From: Candidatus Saccharimonadota bacterium
GTDB taxonomy: Bacteria > Patescibacteriota > Gracilibacteria > UBA4473
Length of the DNA stretch: 32,000 nucleotides
Direction of reading: 5' to 3'
Assembly (NCBI GenBank): GCA_963677105.1
Contig: OY781871.1
Coordinates: 390,001 to 422,000 of the forward strand
In this document: positions 1-7,759 of the stretch, in pieces
Layout: each line of letters begins with the position of its first letter
How positions within the stretch are numbered: position 1 is the stretch's first letter
The notes under the pieces: model-generated
Told to the model about the DNA's origin: nothing
Seen by the model: only the letters and a program-made list of their open reading frames with translations
Database searches by the model: none
Made by a program: the position numbers and the translations under genes

Positions 1-551
1 AGTCGCTGCGTTTCAATCCAATAATTCCACACCCCTAAAGAACGTCCAGCCATACTTTTTTGGGCAACCGTCGCCTTTTCTGTTGAGGAATTTTGCACTA
101 TTTTTTCTTTTTTCTTTCCTGCTCGTTGAAGTTTTTCTGATAATGCATCTTTGGTTGGAAAAATTTTTGTCTTTACAGATTCTATTGCTATCGGCTTCTC
201 TTGCAACGCCTTTTTCACATCTAGTTTGTCACTTCCTCCCCAAATCAACCAACCAACTATTCCCAATCCTCCTAGAACCAAAAGTGTTTTAAGAATTCCA
301 AATCCAACACGACGCAAGAGCCAAACTGTATCTGTTGTGTCTTCCAAATCTGTTAACTCTTCATCTAATTCATCAAACTGATTTTCAGCTTGTTCTAATT
401 TTTCCTTATCTTCTAATTCCGTCTCCGTCGGCTGTTTTTCAGGCTCAATAAGTGACTTCTCCTCTTCGAGAAAAGGTTGTGGTGCTGCAACTTGCTCCGA
501 TGCTGGAGTAGTCGTCGCTTCTGTTGTTGATTCAAATGGATTTTCTACCAT
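1..551 (-). CDS. hypothetical single-pass membrane protein (C-terminus cut by window edge)
   Basis: Absent from the ORF track because no stop lies inside the window. The reverse strand is open from ATG (551..549) to position 1: MVENPFESTTEATTTPASEQVAAPQPFLEEEK... It has an acidic N-terminal part, one hydrophobic helix (VWLLRRVGFGILKTLLVLGGLGIVGWLIWGG) and a Lys-rich segment. It lies 31 nt downstream of ruvC on the same strand. Confidence 0.5.
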   Translation of the reverse strand, partial: MVENPFESTTEATTTPASEQVAAPQPFLEEEKSLIEPEKQPTETELEDKEKLEQAENQFDELDEELTDLEDTTDTVWLLRRVGFGILKTLLVLGGLGIVGWLIWGGSDKLDVKKALQEKPIAIESVKTKIFPTKDALSEKLQRAGKKKEKIVQNSSTEKATVAQKSMAGRSLGVWNYWIETQR

Positions 552-582
552 CGTGTAATTATACCTCAATCTATAGAAAAAA

Positions 583-1050
583 TCAAACGCGAAGCGCCCA
601 CATCGCTGCTGCGATCGCATCTGCAGCATCATCTATTTTTGGATTCTTTTCGAGTCCAAATTGCAACTTCGCCATTTTCTTCATTTCCGCTTTATTCGCT
701 CGTCCATTTCCAGTAAAAGAAAGTTTTAATTCTACTGGTTTTGGTTCTACTACACGACATCCTGCTCGTTCTGCAAGAAGTAAAAGAACACCTCTTGCTC
801 CAGCCACACGCATTGCTGTGGTTGTATTTGAGCCAAAGAAAAGATCTTCAATCGATACTATTTCTGGTTTCCATTTTTTGAAGAGAAACTCAAAATCAGT
901 TGCCAATTCGTGTAATCGCGCTGGAAATGGAGAATTTGGTTCGGTTGTTATCGTTCCAAATGTACATAATTCTGGTTTCGCCTTATTGGATGCGTCCAAA
1001 ACTGCAAATCCACATCGCCCAAATCCCGGATCAACACCAAGTATTTTCAT
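583..1050 (-). CDS. ruvC: crossover junction endodeoxyribonuclease RuvC
   Basis: Track ORF 583..1122. The conserved RuvC N-terminus MKILGVDPGFGRCGFAVL begins at the ATG at 1050..1048; the 24 upstream codons look like a read-through extension. Motifs SIEDLFF and DDAADAIAAA are typical of RuvC. Confidence 0.9.
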   Translation of the reverse strand: MKILGVDPGFGRCGFAVLDASNKAKPELCTFGTITTEPNSPFPARLHELATDFEFLFKKWKPEIVSIEDLFFGSNTTTAMRVAGARGVLLLLAERAGCRVVEPKPVELKLSFTGNGRANKAEMKKMAKLQFGLEKNPKIDDAADAIAAAMWALRV

Positions 1051-1255
1051 TATTGAAAGTATAGCGAATATTTCCATTTTTGCATGAAAATAGTGTATGT
1101 AAACCTCATTTATTTCTCTCAACTATTTTAAAACTTGACTAAATAACGAGTTCCGTGTTTTATAATATCGTATTTTTCTTTTCTTTCGAGAAGAGAAAGA
1201 TCTGATCTTTGAGAAGTCGAAGAATGTTTTCTTACTAATAAAAGGAAGTCGTATC

Positions 1256-1540
1256 ATGGAAAGAAAAATATTTCTCGCAACAGAGAAAGGTTGTTATGAC
1301 TTTATGTTCCCAGAACGAGAAAATGAATATCATATCTTGCTCATAATAAATAAAGATGGTGCAAATATCGAAAAAGCACCAAACACTTCACAATCAAGAA
1401 AAATTATTTTTACTGACACTGTAAATGAAATGGTATCAGAGCTTACAACTTCATCAGAAGATAGAGATATTGTGATTATTGAAAATAAAGATAATACCCT
1501 TTCTTTGTTTCAACTAAAACAATCTCCTGTAATCGCTTAA
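1256..1540 (+). CDS. hypothetical protein (94 aa)
   Basis: ATG-initiated ORF with an SD-like AAGGAAG (1242-1248) 7 nt upstream, which is rare in this window. No family recognised. Confidence 0.5.
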   Translation: MERKIFLATEKGCYDFMFPERENEYHILLIINKDGANIEKAPNTSQSRKIIFTDTVNEMVSELTTSSEDRDIVIIENKDNTLSLFQLKQSPVIA

Positions 1541-1577
1541 CACCTGCCTATAAGGCATACAAATATTGGAGAAGAAT

Positions 1578-1847
1578 ATGAGTGCTAGAGAGTATTCACG
1601 AGGAAAAGATATCCTCGCCGTTTTAAAAATCAACGCGAAAAGATTGGGTTTTAACTTTTCGTCACTTGATAATGTATATTTTGAAATATGTTCATCGGAC
1701 CATTCTAAAAACTGTAAAAAACAAATAGAGGAAATTGAGTCATTAATTGCAAATGCCGTTCCTCCATATGTAATTGAACCTAATGGAATTGAAAACGATG
1801 ATATTTTCCTCGAAAAATGGAAATTTATCCGTATTCAACCAAGATAA
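1578..1847 (+). CDS. hypothetical protein (89 aa)
   Basis: Track ORF 1566..1847 starts at TTG. The ATG at 1578 is preceded by GGAG (1568-1571) at 6-nt spacing. A hairpin terminator follows directly. No family recognised. Confidence 0.5.
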   Translation: MSAREYSRGKDILAVLKINAKRLGFNFSSLDNVYFEICSSDHSKNCKKQIEEIESLIANAVPPYVIEPNGIENDDIFLEKWKFIRIQPR

Positions 1848-1848
1848 T

Positions 1849-1873
1849 AAGAAGAAGCTTTTTGCTTCTTCTT
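1849..1873 (+). terminator. stem-loop terminator candidate between convergent genes
   Basis: AAGAAGAAGC-TTTTT-GCTTCTTCTT forms a perfect 10-bp stem starting 2 nt after the stop at 1845-1847, followed by T-rich TCTTCCT. Confidence 0.55.
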
Positions 1874-1938
1874 TCTTCCTAAAACATTCTTCCACTTCTC
1901 TTTTTTTTAATACCTTTTCGCTCGCAAAGACAACACTA

Positions 1939-1974
1939 TTTGTAGTTTGTGATTTTAAGCGAAGCGATTATTTC
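1939..1974 (+). repeat. heptamer array A with conserved tail
   Basis: TTTGTAG TTTGTGA TTTTAAG CGAAGCGA T TATTTC. The tail overlaps the glmS stop codon (TTA at 1968-1970 on +). Contains GCGAAGC at 1959-1965. Confidence 0.8.
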
Positions 1975-3725
1975 ACCGTTACACTTTTCGCTAAATTCCG
2001 TGGCATATCCGGATCAAGATTTCGTAATATCGCTAATTGATACGCAAGGATTTGAACTGGAATAAGAGTTGCAATCGATTGAATTCCGTCACAATCTGGA
2101 ACACGAATCCATTCATCAAACACATCTGCTTTTCTTGGAGAAATCCCAATAACACGTGCTCCTCGCGCTTTTACTTCCATCGCATTGGAAATAGTTTCTG
2201 GATCATCACCAAGTACTAAACACGGAACACGATTTTCAATCAAAGCAATTGGTCCATGTTTTAATTCTCCCGCAGCAAATCCTTGTGCATGAATGTAAGA
2301 AACTTCTTGAATTTTTATCGCTGCTTCGAGCGCCATTGGATACAACGAACCACGACCAATAATAAACATGTTATCTCGATCCACGATTTTTTCTGCAACA
2401 GCACGAATGTGTTCTGCATATCGGGGATTTAATAATTCATTAATTGCCGTCGATGTTTCTCGCAGAAGCTCTCGTCCTGCGTTAAAAATTCCTTTTCCAC
2501 GCAATTCTGCGTCCGCATGAGCTAATAAAAAACAAATTGCCATTTGTGACGTGGCCGCTTTTGTCGAAGCAACGGCTTTCTCAATTCCTGCATTTAATTG
2601 CAAAACAACGTCGGATATACGCGCAACTGAGGAAGTTTCCACATTTGTAATAGAAACAATTTTGGCTCCTTTCTTTTTTCCTCGCTCTAAAATTTCCAAA
2701 ACATCCGCCGTTTCTCCCGATTGACTAATCGCAATAAGCGCCGTTTTTTCATTTACAAATCGTTCAAATTTTGGCATTTCAGATGCTGCTACTACGTTTA
2801 TTTTCCGTCCAGATATTTCTGCGAAAAAATATTCCGCTGTTGCAGCTACTTTATGCGCTGTTCCACACGCAATAAAATATGCTCCATTACAATTTGCCAA
2901 AACATTGGCCGCAGACCTCATTAAATCACTCGGCTGATTAATCGCACGAGAAATGGTTTCCTTTTGGTCAAAAATCTCCTTTAACATAAAGTGCTCAAAA
3001 TCTCCTTTCCCTGCTTCTTCAATATTCCATGGAACATCTATATTTCGTTTTTCAATAGGTTTTCCTGTTAATAGATTTGCAAATAATACTTTTTCTCCAC
3101 GAACCCAAACAATTTCATCGTCATCTAAATAATTTACCGTTGAGGTATGATCAAGAAATGCTGGAATATCACTCGCAATATATGTTACATCTTTCCCTCT
3201 TCCAATAATAAGTGGTGAACCACGACGTGCTGCAAAAATTCCATCAACTCCATCTATAAATAAAATAATTGCAAATCGCCCTTTAATCTGAGCTACAGTT
3301 TTTTGAATCGCCTCAAATGGCTCAAGTCCTTTCTCTAAATATTCATTTACAAGTGCTGGAATAACCTCTGAATCAGTTTCAGATACAAATGTTTCTGTTC
3401 CAATTCGCTCTTTATGTTCTAAAAAATTTTCAAAAATTCCGTTATGAGCTAACGTAACACGTCCATAACGATGTGGATGAGAATTCGGAACTGTCACTCC
3501 TCCATGAGTCGCCCATCGACTGTGTCCAATCGCTTCTTTTGCAGAATCAAAATCATGATTCACTTCGGATATTTTCCCAACTTGTTTTTCTAAAACAATT
3601 GAGTCATTCACTTTTACAGCAATTCCCCAAGAGTCGTATCCTCGATATTCTAATTTCTTCAGTCCTGCAAGAACTACCGATCCTGCATTATAATTTGTTC
3701 CGGAAACAGCAAAAATTCCACACAT
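1968..3725 (-). CDS. glmS: glutamine--fructose-6-phosphate aminotransferase (isomerizing)
   Basis: 585-aa ORF starting MCGIFAV, the N-terminal Cys nucleophile of class-II amidotransferases. Has a SIS-type segment SQSGETADV and the C-terminal tail PRNLAKSVTVK. Confidence 0.95.
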   Translation of the reverse strand: MCGIFAVSGTNYNAGSVVLAGLKKLEYRGYDSWGIAVKVNDSIVLEKQVGKISEVNHDFDSAKEAIGHSRWATHGGVTVPNSHPHRYGRVTLAHNGIFENFLEHKERIGTETFVSETDSEVIPALVNEYLEKGLEPFEAIQKTVAQIKGRFAIILFIDGVDGIFAARRGSPLIIGRGKDVTYIASDIPAFLDHTSTVNYLDDDEIVWVRGEKVLFANLLTGKPIEKRNIDVPWNIEEAGKGDFEHFMLKEIFDQKETISRAINQPSDLMRSAANVLANCNGAYFIACGTAHKVAATAEYFFAEISGRKINVVAASEMPKFERFVNEKTALIAISQSGETADVLEILERGKKKGAKIVSITNVETSSVARISDVVLQLNAGIEKAVASTKAATSQMAICFLLAHADAELRGKGIFNAGRELLRETSTAINELLNPRYAEHIRAVAEKIVDRDNMFIIGRGSLYPMALEAAIKIQEVSYIHAQGFAAGELKHGPIALIENRVPCLVLGDDPETISNAMEVKARGARVIGISPRKADVFDEWIRVPDCDGIQSIATLIPVQILAYQLAILRNLDPDMPRNLAKSVTVK

Positions 3726-3792
3726 TCCAAGGGGGAAATACGATGGTGATTCTGCACTAGAAACAAAAAACTGTCAAAGTTTTGACAAATAT

Positions 3793-3838
3793 TTGACATA
3801 ATAACGCATCTGAATACACTCGCGAGGATTTTTAGAAA
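3793..3838 (+). promoter_or_regulatory. candidate rpsP promoter plus conserved leader motif
   Basis: TTGACA (3793-3798), 16-nt spacer, TACACT (3815-3820), then ATTTTTAGAAA (3828-3838). The same architecture occurs upstream of rpmB. By-eye match only. Confidence 0.4.
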
Positions 3839-3849
3839 AGAATTCACAC

Positions 3850-4293
3850 ATGCTTATAATTCGATTTGCTCGCCACGGACGTAAAAAACAATCATTTTTT
3901 AAAATTGTTGTTGCAGAAAAGGCTCGAGCCGTTCAAAAAAAATATATTGAAGAGCTTGGGTTTTATAATCCACTTGCAGAAGACGGAAAAGGACTTTGTA
4001 AGGTTGATGCAGCAGCTGTAAAAAAATACATCTCAAATGGTGCACAACTCAGTCAATCTGCCGCTCGTTTGTTTGTTAAAAATGGAATCAATGAGGCTGA
4101 AAAGTTTATCATTACTCGTCCAACAAAACCGAAAAAAGAAGCGCCTAAACCAGAGGTAAAAGAAGTTGAAACAACAGAAGTTCCTGCTGAAGAAGCAGCT
4201 CCAGCTGAAAAAGCTGAAGCAGAAGAAACTCCTTCCACAACAGAAGAAGAGAAAAAAGAAGAAGCTGTTGTTGAAGAGACTCCAGCTGAGTAG
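3850..4293 (+). CDS. rpsP: 30S ribosomal protein S16 with long acidic/Lys-rich C-terminal tail
   Basis: The N-terminal ~90 aa (MLIIRFARHGRKKQSFFKIVVAEKARAVQKKYIEELGFYNPL...) match bacterial S16. Residues ~91-147 are a low-complexity E/K/A/P tail. Confidence 0.9.
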   Translation: MLIIRFARHGRKKQSFFKIVVAEKARAVQKKYIEELGFYNPLAEDGKGLCKVDAAAVKKYISNGAQLSQSAARLFVKNGINEAEKFIITRPTKPKKEAPKPEVKEVETTEVPAEEAAPAEKAEAEETPSTTEEEKKEEAVVEETPAE

Positions 4294-4316
4294 TTTCCTT
4301 TTATTTTCACACAAAC

Positions 4317-4571
4317 ATGCCAGAAAAAAATACTGCCGTCGAATTTGTTCGCTACATTTTGCAACAGATCTGTTCGAATGAAAACGCGATTGATATTACC
4401 TCTATTGATGATGATCGAGGAACTTTGATTACTATAAAAGTAGCAAGTGAAGATATGGGAAGACTTATCGGAAAAGATGGACAAACTATTTCAGCATTAC
4501 GAACTTTAATTTCAATTTTATCTGCACGCGAAAGTGTGCGATACTTTCTGAAAGTAGAAGATCCTGAATAA
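4317..4571 (+). CDS. KH domain RNA-binding protein (YlqC/UPF0109-like)
   Basis: 84 aa with the GXXG KH motif (GRLIGKDGQTISALRTL). It sits immediately after rpsP, the conserved position in many bacteria. Confidence 0.85.
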   Translation: MPEKNTAVEFVRYILQQICSNENAIDITSIDDDRGTLITIKVASEDMGRLIGKDGQTISALRTLISILSARESVRYFLKVEDPE

Positions 4572-4583
4572 TATTTTTTCAAC

Positions 4584-5081
4584 ATGCCACTTCCTCCTGT
4601 CGACGACCGAATTATCCCAGCTGTTCGATACGTAGAAACAGCTACAACTACTACAACTAACGCTCCAGTTGTTCAAAGAATGGGCGTAAGTGCCGGAAGC
4701 CTTACCGGAAGAACTGGTGATACAATTGCTACATTAAGTAATTATACGACAATGGATCTTGTGCAGATGTTTGTTGTATATGCGTTCATTGCTGCCGCTG
4801 GACTCTCTGCTGTATTTATCTTCATTGGAGGAATAAATTTTATTCTCTCTGGAGGAAATGATGAAAAAATTAAAACAGCCGTAAATACTATTCGTTATGC
4901 GATTGTTGGACTTATTGTAACGATTCTGAGTTTTACTGCGGTAACAATTATGGGACGAGTATTTGGATTAAACTTTATGTCATATTTATCATATAACGAA
5001 ATCCGAACATCAATTACACAGCTTATTGATTCGTCTAAAACAAATACGACAACTCCTCATTTCCGTCTACCAAACAACTAA
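4584..5081 (+). CDS. membrane protein, TrbC/VirB2-like (T4SS-pilin-type) fold candidate
   Basis: Two hydrophobic helices flank GGINFILSGGNDEKIKTAVNTIRYAIVGLIVTIL. This resembles the GG..(D/N)..K....A...I..AI.GL core of pilin-type small membrane proteins common in CPR genomes. The match is from memory, not searched. Confidence 0.4.
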   Translation: MPLPPVDDRIIPAVRYVETATTTTTNAPVVQRMGVSAGSLTGRTGDTIATLSNYTTMDLVQMFVVYAFIAAAGLSAVFIFIGGINFILSGGNDEKIKTAVNTIRYAIVGLIVTILSFTAVTIMGRVFGLNFMSYLSYNEIRTSITQLIDSSKTNTTTPHFRLPNN

Positions 5082-5737
5082 TGTTGTGTTGGAACTGGCT
5101 GAAAGAAGCTATTTTTCCTGTACGATGTATTATTTGTAAACAGGAAGGAAAATGGCTTTGCTCAAAACATAATCATTTTTGTTGTGCTCCAGAAAATAAA
5201 GCGAACTTCGCCTTTTTAGACGAAATTTTCGCAAGCACCGCATACTATGATAAAACAAGTAAAAAGTTGGTAGAATATTTTAAGTTTCGTGGATTTTCAG
5301 AATTAGCAGATATTATGACTGTGCCAATGTCTTCAATAATTATTAACAATAAATTACAAGAATTCACTCTTATTCCCATCCCTCTTCATTGGAGTAGAAA
5401 ACTCTGGCGTGGATTTAATCAAGCAGAAAAGCTAGCAAGATCATTACAAAAACAATTTCCGATGATGAATTTGTCTACTGATTTAAAACGAGTTCAACGA
5501 ACAAGGCAACAAGCCAAGTTACAACGAAATGACCGATTGATAAATGTAGAACAAGCGTTTAGATGGATGGGAGAAAATGTGCCCCAAAAAATTCTTCTCA
5601 TTGATGATGTAGTTGCTAGTGGAAGTACGCTAAATGCTGCTGCAAAATCCCTTAAACAAGTTGGAGCAAAAAATGTCACTGGACTTGTATTTGCACGCGG
5701 TGGAAAACCGTGCCAAAATTTGAACAATGAAAATTGA
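5081..5737 (+). CDS. comF: ComF family protein (phosphoribosyltransferase domain)
   Basis: N-terminal Cys cluster (CIICKQEGKWLCSKH) and C-terminal PRTase motif ILLIDDVVASGSTLNAAA. The ATG overlaps the upstream stop (TAATG). Ends with TGA. Confidence 0.8.
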   Translation: MLCWNWLKEAIFPVRCIICKQEGKWLCSKHNHFCCAPENKANFAFLDEIFASTAYYDKTSKKLVEYFKFRGFSELADIMTVPMSSIIINNKLQEFTLIPIPLHWSRKLWRGFNQAEKLARSLQKQFPMMNLSTDLKRVQRTRQQAKLQRNDRLINVEQAFRWMGENVPQKILLIDDVVASGSTLNAAAKSLKQVGAKNVTGLVFARGGKPCQNLNNEN

Positions 5738-7220
5738 ATTTTCGGGAGCGGCACGAGGAGTAACAGGATCAAAACATCTTCTCCACGTAAATGGAAAAAA
5801 AATATTGCTTGATTGCGGACTATATCAAGGACGAAGAAAACAGGCGATTGAAGCAAATATGAAATTCCCTTTTGAAGCAACAGAAATAGATGCTGTTGTT
5901 TTAAGTCACGCACATATTGATCACTCGGGAGCCTTACCTATTTTGGTAAAAAATGGATTTACCGGACCAATCTACTGTACTCATGCAACACGAGATTTGT
6001 GTTCTATAATGTTGCGAGACTCTGGATATATTCAAGAACGTGATGCTGAATGGCTCAAAAAGAAACTCAAAGCTCCTGACGCAGAACCCTTGTATACTGT
6101 TGCTGATGCAGAAAAAACTCTGTCTCTTTTCCGCTCGGTTGATTACAAACAACAATTTAAAATATGTCATGGAGTACGAGTAAAATTTCATGACGCTGGA
6201 CACATCCTTGGAAGTGCTCTAGAAGAATGGCATATTCGAGATAATGACACATCACAAGAGATAATATTTGGATTTACGGGTGATCTTGGACGAAAAAATC
6301 TTCCTATACTCAATGATCGTGAACAACTTCAAGACCTTGATGTGCTTCTTACTGAATCGACTTATGGAGACCGACTTCATGAAGAAATTAAAGATGTAGA
6401 AGAACATTTTGCTGCAAAAATTGTTGAAACAGTTGAACGTAGAGGAAAAGTCTTTATTCCAGCTTTTGCAGTAGAACGAACACAAGAAATTCTCTATGTA
6501 ATACGAGAAATGCAACACGAAGGGAAAATCCCAACAATCCCAATTTTTGTGGATTCCCCTCTCGCGACAAGTGCAACTGAAATATTTCAGTTACATCCAG
6601 AATGTTTTGATGAAGAATTAGTGGAAATGTTTGATCGTGGACAAAATCCTTTTGATGATATCGAGGGATTGCAATTCACTCGATCTGTTGATGAATCAAA
6701 GGCGATAAATAAATTCCCCGGCCCAGCTATCATTATTTCTGCAAGTGGAATGTGCGAAGCAGGACGAATTCGTCACCATTTAGCGAATAGTATTTCTGAT
6801 GAAAAAAATACGCTTCTCATTGTGGGCTTCATGGCAGAAAACACTCTTGGACGAAAGTTGGTAGAAAAAGAATCTCCTGTAAATATTTTTGGGGAACCAC
6901 ATGAAGTAAAAGCTGAAATTATTATTTTCAATGCATTTTCTGGGCACGCTGATCAAAATGGTTTACTTGAATTTGCTGGTGCATGTGGAAAACCAAAACA
7001 AGTGTTTTGTGTCCACGGAGAAAACGAACAAATGCTTACTTTCCGAGATAAACTCGGCACATTAAAAAACTTAGCTGATTCTACTATTGAAGCACCTCTT
7101 CCAGGAGAAATGTGGGAATTAGGACTAGATAAAGCTTGGAAAAAATCATCTTGGAGAAATCCTATTTCGGAACAACTTTTCCCTGAACTAGAAGAAAATA
7201 TTGATACTGAAAAAAAGTAA
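5727..7220 (+). CDS. MBL-fold beta-CASP ribonuclease (COG1236/CPSF-like)
   Basis: Has the HAHIDHSGALP metallo-beta-lactamase motif, the N-terminus MKIEFSGAARGVTGSKHLL and a late SGHAD motif typical of RNA-specific MBL nucleases. Overlaps comF by 11 nt. Confidence 0.8.
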   Translation: MKIEFSGAARGVTGSKHLLHVNGKKILLDCGLYQGRRKQAIEANMKFPFEATEIDAVVLSHAHIDHSGALPILVKNGFTGPIYCTHATRDLCSIMLRDSGYIQERDAEWLKKKLKAPDAEPLYTVADAEKTLSLFRSVDYKQQFKICHGVRVKFHDAGHILGSALEEWHIRDNDTSQEIIFGFTGDLGRKNLPILNDREQLQDLDVLLTESTYGDRLHEEIKDVEEHFAAKIVETVERRGKVFIPAFAVERTQEILYVIREMQHEGKIPTIPIFVDSPLATSATEIFQLHPECFDEELVEMFDRGQNPFDDIEGLQFTRSVDESKAINKFPGPAIIISASGMCEAGRIRHHLANSISDEKNTLLIVGFMAENTLGRKLVEKESPVNIFGEPHEVKAEIIIFNAFSGHADQNGLLEFAGACGKPKQVFCVHGENEQMLTFRDKLGTLKNLADSTIEAPLPGEMWELGLDKAWKKSSWRNPISEQLFPELEENIDTEKK

Positions 7221-7254
7221 AGCAGTTCTCATTATTGAAATGAAAAAGAATATT

Positions 7255-7307
7255 TTTGATCTTTGTACTTTGATATTTGTAATTTTGAGTAAAGCGACAA
7301 TTTGCAC
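7255..7307 (+). repeat. heptamer array B with conserved tail
   Basis: TTTGATC TTTGTAC TTTGATA TTTGTAA TTTTGAG TAAAGCGA C AA TTTGCAC. Located between the MBL RNase gene and rpmB. Confidence 0.8.
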
Positions 7308-7354
7308 TTGACTGAAATCAAATCATAAGTACTCTCCGTCTGAATTTTTAGAAA
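7308..7354 (+). promoter_or_regulatory. candidate rpmB promoter plus conserved leader motif
   Basis: TTGACT (7308-7313), 16-nt spacer, TACTCT (7330-7335), then ATTTTTAGAAA (7344-7354). Superimposable on the rpsP upstream region. Confidence 0.4.
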
Positions 7355-7363
7355 CTTCTGATC

Positions 7364-7759
7364 ATGTCTCGACAATGTCAAATTACCGGCAAAAAAACTG
7401 CGACAGGAAATAATCGTCCTTTCTCTCTAAAAGCAACTCGACGTACTTTTCGTCCAAATTTGTTTGTAAAAAAAATGTTTAATCCTCTTACGGGAAAAAT
7501 AGAGAAAATGAAATTGTCGGCAAAAGCAATTAAAACATTGAAAAAATGGGCAAATGAAACTGGACATGAAACAGAGGCAGATAAAATGGCGAAAATTGCA
7601 GCACAAGTAAATGTGAAAAAAACTACAAACGCGGCAAAAGGAAGAGTGCATAAAGAAAAATTGACACCAAAACAGAAAAAAGAATTGGCAGCAGCCGCTG
7701 CGGCAGAGTTGGCAAACAACAAACCGGCAGCACTTGAAACTGAGAAAAAAGAAGACTAA
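7364..7759 (+). CDS. rpmB: 50S ribosomal protein L28 with long C-terminal tail
   Basis: MSRQCQITGKKTATGNNRPFSLKATRRTFRPNLFVKK matches L28. Residues ~63-131 are a K/A/E-rich extension. Confidence 0.9.
   Translation: MSRQCQITGKKTATGNNRPFSLKATRRTFRPNLFVKKMFNPLTGKIEKMKLSAKAIKTLKKWANETGHETEADKMAKIAAQVNVKKTTNAAKGRVHKEKLTPKQKKELAAAAAAELANNKPAALETEKKED

Noticed and set aside
524-1087. 187-aa + strand ORF.
   Set aside because: It is antisense to the clearly homologous ruvC reading frame, its sequence is low-complexity, and no family is recognised. It is a shadow ORF.
1135-1166. TTGACT ... TATAAT upstream of the 1256 ORF as a canonical promoter.
   Set aside because: The spacer is 20 nt, longer than the usual 16-19. 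The TATAAT may still act alone, but I did not list it as a feature.
3726-3849. Possible glmS ribozyme or riboswitch in the glmS leader.
   Set aside because: The whole divergent spacer is 124 nt and also holds the rpsP promoter. That is too short, and it lacks any core I recognise.
4033-4484. 93-aa and 143-aa minus-strand ORFs and the 71-aa + ORF at 4166.
   Set aside because: They overlap the GAA/AAG-rich tail of rpsP and the KH gene. Repetitive purine-rich coding sequence leaves other frames open.
5494-5913. 139-aa minus-strand ORF spanning the comF/MBL junction.
   Set aside because: Antisense to two genes with clear family motifs, and no independent signals support it.
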